From Camelus ferus (lineage: Eukaryota), in the NCBI RefSeq assembly GCF_009834535.1, contig NC_045696.1:105154001-105218000 (forward strand): a stretch of DNA of 64,000 nucleotides, in the 5' to 3' direction. Of this stretch, positions 49,269-63,629 are shown in pieces; the first letter of the stretch is position 1, and the number at the start of each line of letters is the position of its first letter. A program made the position numbers and the translations under genes. The notes beneath the pieces are model-generated. The model searched no databases. It was not told the origin of the DNA and was given only the letters and a program-made list of their open reading frames with translations.

Positions 49269-52200
49269 AAGGCGACCTTTTATGTGGGCCTAATATATGA
49301 TGAGTGCTGGGGAGCAAAGTTTAATAGGTAGAAATGGGTAGAAAGGGGATTCTAGGCAGAGAGACCAGCAGGAGCAGAGGCACAGAGATGACAGTGTGGA
49401 TGTGTTCAGGCTTCCTTGAGTCACCAGGACCATTCGGCCAAAGGCACAGATAGGCAAGCAGCCAGCACTGAAGCAGGAAGGGCAGAGCTGTCCCCGCCTG
49501 TGGAGAGCTGAAGTGAGGAGGGTGTTCTCCTTAGGAGCCATCAAAGATGCAAAGACAGTCCCACCAGATACAGAGGTTCCCCAGGAGGTCCCTGCCAGGG
49601 ACATGGGGACAGTGGGTGAATGCAGTTCAGAGGGTCTGTTAAGAGCCTTAGCAGGCAGCTTCCCCTGAGATTAGGTTATGAGGGCCCAGTGTCAACCAAA
49701 ACTCATGTTTGTTCAAAACAGTCCCTTGAAAGTCCCAGTACAGTGCCACACTGGGGTTCAACATACCAGCCTTCCCTGGGTCCCACAAAGCAGAATGTCC
49801 TCAAGCACAGGGGCAGTCTCTCTTCAGCTTGCAACCCAGATGACTTGGCCACCTTGACTTCAGGGACCATGTCATGCAGAAGGTGTTCACTCTGGAATCA
49901 CACTCGGCCTGTGGATGTGCACACACTGTGAGGGGGAGGCAAGAACCAAGGCCTCCTGAGGTGTATCTGTGTGGATACCTTGGTCCACTGAAGCCTGACC
50001 GGCAGCAGCTGTAGCAATAAAGGTATTTTAGGAGCTCGCGTAATAAAGCCTAGAGAGACATAGGACTAGGTTAATTCAGTGACTTGATGAGATCAGGTCT
50101 CTGGGTGGCCTTTGCTCTCTGCTACACTCTAGGCCTTCCCTTCCGGGGCAGCAGGAGAGCTGAGGCAGCCCCGAGTGTCACATCCCTACACCCCAGTGTC
50201 CAGGGCAGGAAAGGGCAGAGAAAGAGACTTCCTGTCACTGCTCTTTCATGGGGTGAGGACATCTTTCCCTGAGGCCTCCAGGCCCTTCCTCTCGCATCTC
50301 ATTGGCTGGGACCAGGTCACGTGCCCACACCTGACCAATCACCCAAGGGGACAGACTACCCAGGTGGGCATGATGCCGTGGTTCCAGTCTGGATCCGTGC
50401 TTCTTGTCTCTGAACAAAATCGGGGTTTGTTAGCAAGGGGAGCTGGCAATCACTATGCCACAGGAAGGACCAGCCAAATCTCTGCCACATCTCACTCCTT
50501 CTGGAACATCTGCTCATGGAAGACAGTGAGCTTAAATTATTTCATTTTTGTTCCATTTCCTTTTGCACTTAAGTTGTTATTTTGTTGATTTAGCGAGGCC
50601 AGCACGTGCAGGAGAATTTACATGAGCCAGAAGCCTGTGGGATGAAGCTTCACTGTCATAATTTTGAAGGTGATACCTCCAGATGTCTGTGTCTGGCTTT
50701 ACCCTAGCTGCTGGGTGTGGGGTGCTCTGTAATTCTTCCGGCCTGACTGAATTCTAGCTCTGCTCATTACCCGTGAGGTCCCAGGATGTTCTTGTTCCCC
50801 AAGGACCCTTCTTGCCCTGGGAGCCTCTGGGCATCCTCTCCTTTCCAGCTCCTAGGAACCCCGTGCAATGGCACGTACACTCACAGATCACTGTGTATCA
50901 CAATGGTCTATAAAAAAATGCCAGCAGCCAGAGTGAACCAGTTAAATGCATTTAGTTCTTCAGAACTCATGGGAGCAAATTAATGTCTTGGCTAGTTTTT
51001 TAATTCATGCATAGTAAAGAAAGATAGCAAGTACTGACTTTGTGGGAGCGAGCCTGGTACAGGTCACCCAGAGTGCTGTATGTGACGTGCTGGTGGATAT
51101 GTTGGGCCTCTGACTCTCCCAGCCTAGGCCCGAGTCGGCTGGAACACTAGCTTCATTAAATCCCTGATTCTGTGCATCAGGGCTGGTGTCCTCAGACAAA
51201 TAGTGGCTTCATTTGGTCTGCTCTGGCAAGAGCAGGTTGAATCTGTCATGGACAGTGGTGTCTTTACCTAGGGTTGGCACATGTGAATCCTGTTCCCTAA
51301 CTTCGTTACAGAAGACTTCCTCCTCTTGAAGCCGTGTAGGAGGCCTGGTGCTAATGCGTCTCTTAAGTTCATCATCATGGCGCCCCCACGGATCATGGGT
51401 GTGGGGTTATCCTCACTTTCTGGAGGACTGAGGGCTTATTTGGGGTCACAGAGCTTGGAACGAAAAACCAAGTTTTTTCCATTTCAGAGGCCCCTCAAGT
51501 GCCAGCACAGGCAGCCTCAGTTCAAGGCCAGAGGAAGTGCCCCATGGCCTTCAGTGTTGGCGTGTTCACGTCCTTGTGCATACGAGGAATGTTGTCTTGT
51601 GTGTGAGCTTTGGTGGGGACATGGACAGGGCCTGTGCTGCCAGTCCTACTGGATTCTGAAGGAGGAACTGGGGGAAGAAACAAGACAAGTTTTGTCTGTT
51701 AAAGACTCACAGAGACGGCAGTTGTTACTATGAACTGCCCACCGTTTGGGCCTCATTTCCGGCCAACAGTGATTATGCATAACATTAAATATATGTTGGA
51801 TGAACTCAGCTAAAAATTTTAATTCATCACAGCCCCAAACCTGGCTCAGGTCTGATCTGACTTCGTAGATCACTGCACAGATTTGCAGTTATCTGCTTAT
51901 GGCCATCGCGTTCTGCTTATAGCACAATAAAGAAGGGAAGATGGGCGGCTTGGCTTAAAATTTCTAGAGGAAATTATATTACATGAGATAGGAAAGGATT
52001 GCTCTGGACTTGCTTATATTATGTCCAGTGAAATTCTCCTATCCTTTAGCAGCAAGACTTGCCTGCATCTCCCCTGCTGTGGGTCACTGGGCCTCCACTG
52101 GCCTGGCCTGCCTTCACGGAGGGCCCGGCCAGCTCCTCGCCTTTCCAGGCATTTCAGGAGCTCCCTGTCATCCTCCTGTTGCCTGGAGGAGCTTGATAGC

Positions 52201-54619
52201 AGTGGCAACTTGTTTTCTTTTCTAATGAGTGAATGAGCAAACGAGCTAAACAAGATTGCCTTCTTTGTTAGAATTTTTACATTTGATTTTAAGGCTGATC
52301 CTAAATTTCAATCCAAGGGGACCTGGGATGGAATGGAAAGCAGTTTGATGGATCAAGCACAGAGAAGGGTTGGCACATAAGTGATAAGACTGGTGAAACA
52401 GGTCATGACTGGATTATAAGGACCAATGGATGCCATGCTAAGGAGTCTCAGCGTTATCCAGGATGCGACTGGGTGGCAGGGGATTAAGCAGGGACCAGAT
52501 ATGTGTGTTAAAAGGTCCCTTGGGCAGCTGAGCCGAAGATGGATCAGAGGTGAGACTGGAGACAAGAGACAGGTTAAGAGTTCACTCAGGTCCAATTGAG
52601 AAGAAATAATGAGCCCCAATCTAAGGCAGCAACTGTGGAATTTGAGAGAGGGCTGGAAAATAAAGATATTACAGCATTGTAACTGACAGGCTGTCAAGGC
52701 CAGGGAGAGGGAAGAGCCCAGATGGCTGCCAGTTTTGTGGCTTGGGCACTAGCAGGGTTTGGGCACATCCCCTGCCATCGTTATGATCGTGAAAAGTTCT
52801 GCATTTTGCTGCCATATAGGAAAACCCCCAGGGCTATGGAGAGTGTGAATCTTCTTTCCCAGCACTCACTGTGGCTCACTGCCCCCTGCCAGACTAGAGT
52901 GGGGCCCTGGGCACTGCACCCTGGACAAGGCACGGGCAGAGACAGGGAGAGGAATCAAATTATGCCCTTGAGGTGGGAGTCAGGAATCAGGATCCTGGGT
53001 GGGGCCCAGTCAAGGCAACAGACACAGTTCATGGGGTGAGTGCAAAATTCCAGTCAGGAAAGGAGCTGACAGCCCAGATGGCGAGACAGAAGTTTGCACG
53101 GGGTAAAATAAAGCCAACTGGGGACCAGGAAGACTTGGGTGTTGGAAGCGAGAAGCAAGATGGGAGGGTGGATGAGCCTGGGGCTCTGCTGCTCTGGTTT
53201 AGGGGATGTTTCCTCCTCAGTGACTTCTGCCTGCTTCAGCCAAGACCATGCCATGAAGTGGCCAGTGCTCCCTGGCTCTCATTTTGATCTACTTTTCATT
53301 TTTATCTTGTCCCCCAGTGAATAAGGTGAACATTCCTTGTCTGCCTTCCTGTCTGCATTAGAATCCTCAGGGATTTACAGTGGGCTAGGTGAGAAGAGTG
53401 AGGGGGCCGGACGATATTCAAGACTGACAGCTTGAAGAGGTCAAGGAGGAAACACTGACATCCAGGCAGGCCACTGAGGGGAGCTGTGTGGGAGGGTTGA
53501 CATGGAAGAGACCATTCTAGCTCCAGGAAGTGGCATCAACAGAGGCCTCAGAAGCAGGAAGATTCAGAAGGCACAGCAGAGCTTGGCAGGCAGGTGGTCT
53601 CATCTTGGTGAGGATGTGGAGCACTTGTAGGGGCCGAAGCGGGTCGCTAGGAGACAGTTAGGAGAGGTCGGAGGAGGCCAGAGCCGCCGAAGTTCTACAC
53701 CAGTGAAGGACATGGGCAGTGGAGAACAAGTTACTGAAGACTTCAGTCACTGGCTTAGCATAAAGGCCCAGATTTTATACAGTGCTTGGTGCATGGTAAA
53801 CACTCGACAGTTTATCACATCAGTTTGAGTGATTGAAGCCAAACTTTAAAACTGGTTAATCTGTTCAGCATATTGAAAAAAGGTTGGATTGGGGCCAAAT
53901 TGGTAGTGGGGATGAGATTCCATAGTTTCTCCCACTTTACCAAATGTGGAAGCCATCCCCAGGGGGCAAGATCGAGGCTGTCCAGCCCACATCAACTGCC
54001 TTTCCCTGGGATCAGCACTGTCCACTGGTGTGAGCCCCAGTGACCATGTCTGTACCATGGGACCCTGTCCAGGCTGGGACCATGGCACTGCCCTGTCTCC
54101 TGTCCACCCTGAGATCTCCTGTTCAGCTCTTCCTTTATTCCGAGTGATGGCCTGGTGGCCTTCAGATAATTCCATGCTCCTTCACTGCTTTGCCTTTGGT
54201 GGGGAAGGGAACTAAGATAACCAAAGCTCATTTCTCATTTGCAGTTTCCCTAAGTGATACAAGAAAGTGATGAAATCCTATAGTAGGGAGGGTCTCAGTC
54301 GTGATGGAAGGTGAGGACCTTATGCAGAGAATATTGGCCGTACCTGGAGACTAGTTGTATTGGGGAGACATGATGAAGGATGGAGAGATGTCATAGCTAA
54401 CTGGCAGGTTTTGGTCACGGGTGACTAGAACACAGTGGAATCTTTTTCAGGTGAGGGGTATGGGCAGCCAGAAGAATCTGTGGGAGGTGGTGAGTTCTGT
54501 TTTGAACACAAAGAAAGGTTAAAGGAGGTAATATTTCTGGAGAAAGTCATATGGGCCAGGCACTGGCCTACACAGTGAACTGTGATAACCTCCTTCACAA
54601 TCTGAGGGGTATGTGTAAT

Positions 54620-55010
54620 AATCTCCATTTTCTGTGTGGCTCAGAGTGGTTGGCTAGCTCACAGGCACAGGGCTGTTCACCAAATATCTCTGGGTCTCCA
54701 CCTTCAGGACACAGAGTCAGGTTGTATTTTCCAGCTCACCAAAGGTGAGTGGGGTTGTTGGAAGCAATATGTGGCCATTTGAGGTCAAGCAACCTTCCAG
54801 AGCCTCCTGGAAGTGACTGACTATATTCCAGGTGGAGACTTCACTAGCTTGAGTCCTGGATTGAGAGACAAAGATGAGGCAGAGCAGTGCCCCCAGCCAG
54901 CATGGACTGGGCAGATAAAGGTACATGAAATAAACCTTCATTGTTTTAAGCTACTGAGACTTGGGGGTTATTTGTTAATGCACCTCGCCTGTCTTCTCCT
55001 GACTGATACA
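54620..55010 (+). mobile_element. Old MaLR LTR
   Basis: Ends GAAATAAACCTTCATTGTTTTAAGCTACTGAGACTTGGGGGTTATTTGTTA...CTGACTGATACA. Similar ends at ~1950-2145 and ~10860-11255. Confidence 0.65.
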
Positions 55011-55944
55011 CCCAAGGTCATTCAGTTAGGAAATGCTAATTGGCTTTGAATCCATGTCTGTCTGCCTTGTTATCGAGCCAGTGCCAGGTGACTACTCATG
55101 GACTTGTAGGGGCCATCAGCAAGGTCAGGACTAGAGCAGTAGATTCGGGTGTCATCTCCACAGATGGGATATGGAGCAGAGATGAAGGGCTAAGGAATTA
55201 GTGTATAGACTTTGGCGTGAGGCTCATTTCTCTCCCTCATGTTCTTTTTCTCTCGAGGGTTTGTGGTCTGCTCCACATGCTGCTTAAGTAGGACATCTCT
55301 TCTGCCTGCTGGGTCTGGTAGTTCAGAGATGTTGGCTTGAGCTTGTCGACAGCTGCACACTCATAACATTGCTAAAAACTTCATAAACTCTGAAGCCTGG
55401 AAATAGCCCATGCGATTTGAGGTTTTGCTCACTTGTAAATGTTTGAGTATTGTGTCCACAAATTGCAAATTGAGTAACTCAATTTTGAGGCACAGCTGTT
55501 ATTTGGAAAAGACCCATCTAGGAATGCAAACTCCTTGCAAAATGATTGGGCTTCATTTTTGTCAAGTATCAGAAAACTATTAAACTGCCAAGCCATATGG
55601 CAAATGCCCACTTGAAGCAGAGTGTGACAATGCACCATAATGAATCTGTTTTGGGGGAAAGGAGATAGGACAGAGTCTGGCTTTTGTGATCTACAGAAAA
55701 GCAGATTCTCCGCTGCGTGTTTCAGCCTTGTAGAGTCCTGAGTAAGGACTTTTCCTCCCATGAAAAATTCGTATAAAAAACTAAGTCTGGTAGAATTTTT
55801 CTCTTAGGTGTATTTTCCCTTTGAAACCATATCCATTTGAGTTTCTGCATGTAAAACAGGTTTAACTGGGGCAATAGAAACTTCTAAAAGTTCACTCACT
55901 TTTCATTCGTTTATATCCTAAGTCAGTTAACATTCATTAGGTAT

Positions 55945-56355
55945 CAGTATACCAGTTAGAATTAGGTTGAGCTGCATATCACAGACAATAGAAAATAGTG
56001 GTGGCTTAGGAGATTATTTCTCCCCCTAGTAAAAGAAACCTGGGGATCGGCAGTCTGGGTCATCAGGGTCCTGGCTTTCTCTTGGTTTATTCTCTACCAA
56101 ACCTGGGTGGTCCTTATCCTTAGGGTCCAATCTAGCTGCCATACTCCAGCAATCACATTCTAGACAGCAAGAGTGGAAAAGAGGGAAAAGGCCTGCATCT
56201 TCCCTTTTAAAGAGGGTTCCTGGAAGTCTCACCCAACACTCTTATACACAGATCCCTGGCCAGGCCTTAGTCACATGGCCTCATCCTGCTGCAGAGGAGA
56301 CTGGGGAATGTAGCAACATGCCCAGCCAAAGATGGGGAGAGTGGATGTTGGGAGC
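55945..56355 (-). mobile_element. Old MaLR LTR
   Basis: CAGTTAGAATTAGGTTGAGCTGCATATCACAGA...CTTAGTCACATGGCC...GGAGACTGGGGAATGTAG. Confidence 0.65.
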
Positions 56356-58157
56356 TCACCAGTAGACTCTGCCCTACCTGATGTCCTCGATGTCTGTTCT
56401 TCCTGTGAGACTGTGACCCTCTCGAGGACAGGGGCCAGATTTCATTTATCCCTGTACTTCCAAGGCACTAGCACAAGAGCCAGTCAGTTGTGATTTTAAT
56501 TGTCTGCTGTTTTGCACTCCTCACAGCAGACCCCAGGTGCTGCTTCTCACCTTCTACCCCCTCTTCTACCTTCTTTGTTCCAAGTTGGCAAGTTGGCTGT
56601 GATTTGGGGCTTATTTCTTCTTCATCTTCAGAAGATCTTATTTCTACCAGAATGACATTAAACTACCCATTCCTCTGTTTCTCACTTAACTCTTAACTCA
56701 ATTCTGGGGATAAGTGATGCTTATTGCTGATGGTTTTGGTGGAAGCCAGACAGAAACCACAGCAGTGATGTGTGGAAGTGGCCTTTATGGAAGCACTCTT
56801 CTGTGAAGACATCTCAAGCTGGTCTGAGTGAGCTGCCTCCCAGGAAGGGGATGCTGATGTGGTCCTAAAGCCTGCCAGGTTTTAATTGCCTGTAGCGGCA
56901 AAACGGTGGAGCTTTTTCACACATGGTAAACAGGTATATGGAAGCAGATGTGGGGATGATAAATTCTGTTTTAAGTATAATGAAAAGAAAGAAAAAAGAG
57001 CTAATATTTCTGAAGAACCCCCTATGGGTTCTGTGCTAGGTGGGTCAACTCCCGTAACCCTCCAGACAGCCCTAGGAGGTACGTGTAGTTACCCGCATTT
57101 TCCATGTGGTTCGATGCGGCTCGGAGAAGTTGCAAGCACCAGCCCTGGCTTCCAGGCGAGGTGAAAGAGTCAGCGCCGATGTGTATGATGAGCACAGCTC
57201 CTAGCCTATCACTCGATGAACGCAGTAGTGTTACTCCCTCCTGTGGCCGTTGAAATCAGTCCCAGCTCCCGAACGTGGGGTTGCAAGAGACCTCGTTCCA
57301 TTTCTTGGGCTCCTCCAGATCTTTCGAAAGTTCTCAGAACTGAAGAGCCAGGCTGCCTGCTTTCCTGCGAGTCTCATAATTAGGACAAGCACTTAATTGG
57401 CATGTTTGTTTCCTCCAAGGGGTGGCTGGCAGAGGATCCTCACGTGACAGAGGAGGCTGGCTCTGCTTTTGTTCTTAGCAGCACCACGTGCCCGTAGCAA
57501 CAGCGGGTGAATCTAGCAAAGTCAAGAAGAAAAAGTGCCCAGAGTCTGTGTGAAGGTTGATTGCCCCGGAGAAGTTAGCACACTCACACGGATGGAAACG
57601 ATGTCCCCAGATCCTGAAAAATGGGCTCATCAACCCCACAAATATAAACTGCGTCTCTTGTTTTCTTTAAGATGAGGAGTCCAGTCAAGAGGTCTGCGTA
57701 ATGAAAGATGTTTGTGGAATCCATTTCCATTCTGCCCGAAGCCATCTGCTTTATGTCTATAATAAACAGGGCTGTTTTCAGCCACTTTCCCGGGCCAGGT
57801 CCCGTTAGAGGCACTCACTGCGGGGAAAGGTAAATTGACTGTCTCCCAAGCAATGAGCATTAGTACATTACATCTGCAGTGACGGCACTTAACCTTCCCA
57901 GCTCGCCTTTCCTTTCTGTGTCTCTGCGATGGCCTGTGACAAATGGGCCGAGGGGCACGCACTTAGTTAGAATTTAGTGCGTGGGGGGCACTGGCCAGCA
58001 TCACATTCCCTGGTGATTGAGGTGAAATGTAGGCAGCAGGAAAGGCCATCTTCTGGGAAGCTGGGGACTGCCTGACCTTCACCAGGCAGAGGGGTCCCAG
58101 GGGTAACCATCCTGGAGCTTCCTGATGCACCATCCTGGGAGCACTTGGGAGCTCTTT

Positions 58158-58420
58158 TTTTTTTTTTCCCCAATTCTTATTTTTTATTGAAGTGTAGTTG
58201 ATTTACAACGCTACTTTCAGGTGTACAGCAAAGCAATTCAGTTATACATATACATACATATATATGTGTATGTGTATATATATATATATATATTCAGATT
58301 CTTTTCCATTATTGGTTGTTACAAGATACTGAATATAGTTCCCTGTGCTATAAGTAGGTCCTTGTTGTGTATCTACTTTATATACAGTATTGTGTATATT
58401 TTAATCCCAAACCCCTAATT
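58158..58420 (-). mobile_element. L1 3' end with internal (TA)n
   Basis: TTTATTGAAGTGTAGTTGATTTACAA...AATATAGTTCCCTGTGCTATA...ATCCCAAACCCCTAATT. Flanking repeat GAGCTCTTTT on both sides. Confidence 0.85.
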
Positions 58421-58759
58421 GAGAGCTCTTTCTGAAACAGAAAAATGAGTAAATCACACCCCTGTTTAAAATCCTTCAGCAGGTCCTCATTGCTTGTAGG
58501 ATGAAATCTAGACTCCACAGACCCCTGCGGGTCCTGCGTGATCCTTACACCGTAAGGATCCCTCATCTTGGGCCACCCGCACGTGAACTCACATCAACAT
58601 GCTGTTAGCTCATCGCCCACCTCCAGTGGCGGTTTCTGAACCTCTGTAGTGCTTTTCCCTGGGCCTGACACACGTCCACATCCTCACCAGCTCAACCCCT
58701 GTGCCTTTCCTGCCCCAGCTGGAAGGCCTCTTCAGAAAGCCTGCCCCTAAATAGGCGAG

Positions 58760-59250
58760 TGTCTGAGTTTCCTATGTCTGCTGTAATAGTCACAATCATT
58801 AGCTTCAAAATTGTCACAAATCATTAGCTTCAAACCACACAATTTTATTTTCTTCTAGTTCTGGAGGTCGGAAGTCTGAAATCAGAGTGTCTGCAGGGCT
58901 GCACTCCTTCTGGAGGCTCCCAGGAGAATCCATTTCCTTGCTAATTCCAGCTTCTAGAGGCCACTTGCACTGCTCAGTCATGGCCCTTCCCTCCAGCTTC
59001 AAAGCCAGCAGCAGAGCATCTTTCCTCTGGGTCACTGCTTCAGTCCGTATGTATTTATCTATCTGACCCTCCTGCCTCCCTCTTAGTAGGACCCTAATCA
59101 TGTTAAAATCAGGCCCGCCTGGATCATCCAGGATACCCTCCCCATTTCTGACTCTTAATCACATCTGCAAAGTCCCTTTGCCCAGCAAAGCTGCAACTGA
59201 TGACCCCTAGTTCTCTGGGGTGGAGGAATGACCTTGGTGTGCAGTGTGCA
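58760..59250 (-). mobile_element. MaLR LTR (MLT1-type)
   Basis: AGTTCTGGAGGTCGGAAGTCTGAAATC...CCAGCTTCTAGAGGCC...TTAATCACATCTGCAAAGTCCCTTT, homologous to 44641-45160. Confidence 0.82.
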
Positions 59251-61229
59251 GGAGGCCGTGGTGTACCCATGTTGATGGGATCCTGGCATCTAAGGTGGCA
59301 CACCAGGGCAGGAATACTTTCTTTGATTTCGGTCTGAATTGGATGGAACAGGGACTCGGGGAAGGGTCTTACGTGACTCTCAGAAGTTGGAAGGGTCAGT
59401 TTATATCCCTGGAAGTCCCAGTCCATGGACTTCATAGGATAGAACCAAAGAGAGGATGTCACCGTCCGAGAAGGAGGATGCTTGGTTGGAGACATTCACT
59501 CCTCTCATTCATGCTACACGCATTTCTAATCACCTGCACCAGGCACACTGCAGGAGTGGAGGGGCCTAGAGGAATGAGAAACCCCCAGGAGGAGTTCCCC
59601 TTCTGCTTGGGGAAGAGTAATGTGGAAACAAAGCAATGACAGGTCTGCGGTGGAGGAAGGAAGAGGATGATACAATGTGTAACAGTACGGTTAGCACGGG
59701 GTCGGGGTTGGCGGGGAGTAAGGGGAGGCTTGGGTAGCAACCCCAAGGAGAAAACCTTGAAGGCAGGAGTGAGGAGGGCATTTCAGGTGGTGGGAAAGCG
59801 TTTACAAAAGCCAAGAGAAAGGAAGCTGCATGTTGCTGTTTGAGAAGCCGGATGAAATGCCGTCGGGACGGCTGTAAGCGGGAGGCAGTAAACTGGAGAG
59901 GGGACAGGATTAGAGGTTGACTCTTTTGGCCCTGACTCCAGTTTAATGATAAATTCCAAGAACGCCGTATGCCACCTTCTCAACGTGTTAAATCCTTCAG
60001 TGGCAGCGGCAGCTCACTCTGAGGACCCCGTTCAGTGCTTACTGATGAGGAGCCTTTCCCAGGAGCAGGAGTCCCCCGTGCTTGCTTCGTCTCGCTGGAT
60101 GCCATGGCATGACAGAGGCAGATGACTCACTTGTATGGCATGCATCTGGCCTTGTGTCTGATGAGACTTGCGCTCAGATCAGAACCTGGTTTATCCTCCC
60201 GGTGGACACCTGGAGGGAGTCCATTTCAGCCCTATTATATTTCTGTGAGTTTGGGCTTGGGAGGGTGTTTAACTGAAGCAAGTTGGAGTGTACAGATGAT
60301 GCGGTTGCACTGACCTCGGTTCTGAGCCTGGGAACGTGCACCCACGGCAGCCTCCTGCCTGCGATGCGACTGGGGTAGGGTAAGTCACTGTAGAGCAGCG
60401 TGGCTCGGTGTGCCCACGCGAGGAAGAAGACAGACAGACACTTCCTAAATGTTGTTTACTCTCCTTCCCAACATCACACTGCACCGCCACTGATGCCCCC
60501 ATACAAACTAATGTTCTGATTTACAATTTCTGGGAACTTTGGGGAAAATAGATCAAAACCCCAGGTTACCTGAGATGCTACAGTTACATGTTTTAAGGGC
60601 TCTAAAAAAATGATATTTTGCCAAAATGAAATAGAATTTCGAAAGGCTTCCTAACAGTGGTGGAAAACAGCCACCTCTTTGGATACACTCATCACAAGGC
60701 TGCCCTGGCGAGTAGCTCCGCACACCCTGCACATACTATCTCTCTAAAGCATCCCCCTCCCTGAGAAGAAGCCGGCACCAGCAGGCTGCTTTCTTCTCCA
60801 TGCTGCCTCAGAGTAGGCGGGAAGAAACTACAGCCCGCCTGGGTTGAGAGTTCTTTATCTTCACGCCATTTCTCGGAACATACCCAGGACAACTTCTCTA
60901 TGGACCTGAGGAGGTGCTTAGGGCTTGCCAGTACCAGGATACAGGTCCACTCCCCAGCTGACCAGTGCCCTGTTCAGTCTCCACCCAGCCCTCCTCTGGG
61001 CCAGGCTCTGTGCTTAAATCATAGAGGCAAGTTACTAGGTCCAGCCCCTGCTCAATGGGAGGGGTCTACAGGGGACTACTAGGAGGTGAGAATCACCTGG
61101 AGCCTTTTTTGAAGCTGCTGATCACAAGCACACTGCCACCATCTTTTTCCTCTACCCTCCTTACTCTGATCATCAGTAGCAGCAGCTTTTCCCTCATTGT
61201 GTCATCATCACCACAGCCACAGTGATTAT

Positions 61230-61445
61230 TTATTAGATGCTCCTTGTGCACCAGACACTTTCCACACACAGCTCACTTATTCTCACAACACCCCTGTAAG
61301 TGTAAGTCATATTATCCCCATCTTGCACATGAGGAAACTGAGGCTCAGAGAGGGACTGTGATTTGCCCTAGGCCACACAGCCAGTAAGAGATAGAACTAG
61401 GAGTCAAAGCAAGGCCTGACTCCACCAGAGCTCTTCACCACCACT
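61230..61445 (-). mobile_element. MIR SINE
   Basis: Core ATTATCCCCATCTTGCACATGAGGAAACTGAGGCTCAGAGAGG...ATTTGCCCTAGGCCACACAGC. Confidence 0.85.
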
Positions 61446-61604
61446 CCAGGAGGCAGCGCCTCAGGGGAAGGGGGCTGGCCTGCCCTGGAGCCCAGGCTGT
61501 TTTCTAGCTTTATGCTCACCTCGCCCTGGTGCTGAAAGCTAGAGGGAGGAGACAAGAGGGTGGGCTGGGCCCTCCCAAGATGCTTAGTCCCTGATAAAGG
61601 ACAA

Positions 61605-61960
61605 AAAGATGTGTAGATTAGATAATAGTCGTCTAGCAATGTTGATTTTCTGATTTTAATCATTGCTCTGCAGTTATATAAGGAAATGTCTTTGCTCTTA
61701 GAAAATACACACTGAAGTATTTAGAGGTGAAGAGATATTATGTCTACAACCTATTCTCACACATTTCAGAAGAAAATTCTTACAGGTGCATACAGATCTG
61801 CATGTGTGCGTGTGTATGGAAAGAGAGAATGAATGATGTAGCAAATGTGGTAAAAGGTTAACATTTAGGGAATCTGGGTAAAGGTATATAGGAATTCTTT
61901 GTACAAATTTTGCTACTTATTTGTAAGTCTGAAATTATTTTAAAATCCGTTTTTAAAAAG
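61605..61960 (+). mobile_element. Ancient L1 (L1ME/L1MC-type) 3' end
   Basis: Characteristic ACTGAAGTATTTAGAGGTGAA...GCAAATGTGGTAAAAGGTTAACA...GAATCTGGGTAAAGGTATATAGGAATTCTTTGTAC. Related blocks at ~30330-30640 and ~32750-33170. Confidence 0.7.
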
Positions 61961-62357
61961 TACCAGTCCGTTCTGGAACCTTGTGACTTCTACTTGGCTA
62001 TCAGCGATGACATTTTGGAGGTCTCATATAACTCCTTTTGACCCCAAGGTGGCCCATCAGGGCACAGGGAGGGTGTCGAGGTTATGAGCAGAGCATGGTC
62101 TCTGGGTCTGGCCTGCCCAGGTTCCAGTCCTGGCCTTGCAGCTTCCGAAGCCCCTGAGCTGTGTAAGTAACCGCTCAGGATTGAGCTGAAAGGATTTGGT
62201 GAGATGGGGGCTTCCCTTGGCGTAGTGCTTGGCACAGTTCCTGGCCTGTGGTGAGCCCCCCGTAAAGGCTGTTATTCTTGCCTCCTCGATCATCTTACGA
62301 CTGAGAAGTAATGACCTATATGTGTTTTAGAGACACTGATCTGGACACTTGTCTTAG

Positions 62358-62630
<273 letters not shown>

Positions 62631-62645
62631 TAAAACTGCTCAGGT

Positions 62646-62786
62646 GGGGAGGATATAGCTTAACTGGTAGAGCGCATGGCTAGCATGCACAAGGTCCTGG
62701 GTTCAATCCCCAGTACCTCCTCCAAAAATAAGTAAATAAATAAACGTAATCTCCCCCCACAAAAAAAAGTAAAAAATAAAATAAAA
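62646..62786 (+). mobile_element. tRNA-derived SINE (Vic-1-like), ~100 bp downstream of the NMNAT3 coding exon
   Basis: tRNA-like head with A/B boxes and A-rich tail. TSD TAAAACTG(C/T)TCA at 62631-62642 and 62787-62798. Confidence 0.9.
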
Positions 62787-63629
62787 TAAAACTGTTCAAT
62801 TTATTCATTCACATTTCCTTCATCATAATCAGAGAACTAATACCCTTAGCCACGTTACATGTGTACAAGTCATATCCCTGGCCATAGAGTTGAAATGCTT
62901 CTCAGGATCCACTTCCCCTCTGTTCACTTCACATAGTCCGTGAATGCTTAAAAAAAAAAAAAAAAACACTGGACACATTTTAGAACCTGTGTCTCCATCA
63001 GGGCATCCTTCCTGGGGCTCCAGGAAGCATTTACCCACACATTCAGGTGAGTAGGTAGCCTGTGCCTCTGAGAACTCCTGCAACTCTTCAGTGGGTAAGC
63101 AAATGTTCTATAATGGAGATTTTGACATTTTCTCCTCTGAAAGAATAGATCTTAGACAATTACAAATTAACAGCCTTGTATATAGGGCATTTCTAATACA
63201 GATGGCATGGCTTTGCCAGAAATATTTAATCAGCTGAAAACATTTAATCTGGGAATGTTTCATCTCCTTGACTTTCAACTTCATTATTAAGAGAGTAAAA
63301 TGGCATTTGGAATCTGCATGATTATTTCTAGAAAATGCAAGTCATTTATTTGTTGGTGTCAGATAACTATGAAAGTTTTATTCATTATGTATTTATGTAT
63401 ATTTTAGGTATTCATATATGTATTTTGTGTTTTTATATTCATCAAAAATGCCCTTTAAGGGCATGGGTTTTTTTACACCACAATCAATTTCTATTTACTT
63501 TTAATGTAGAAAAAAAGCATTTGAATAACATGTAAATTATCTCTTCAAAGAAATTACATACAAATGTCAATTTATTTTATAGAAATATCTTTGTTTACAA
63601 AACATTTTTTATTATTCAAAAAGTGAAAA

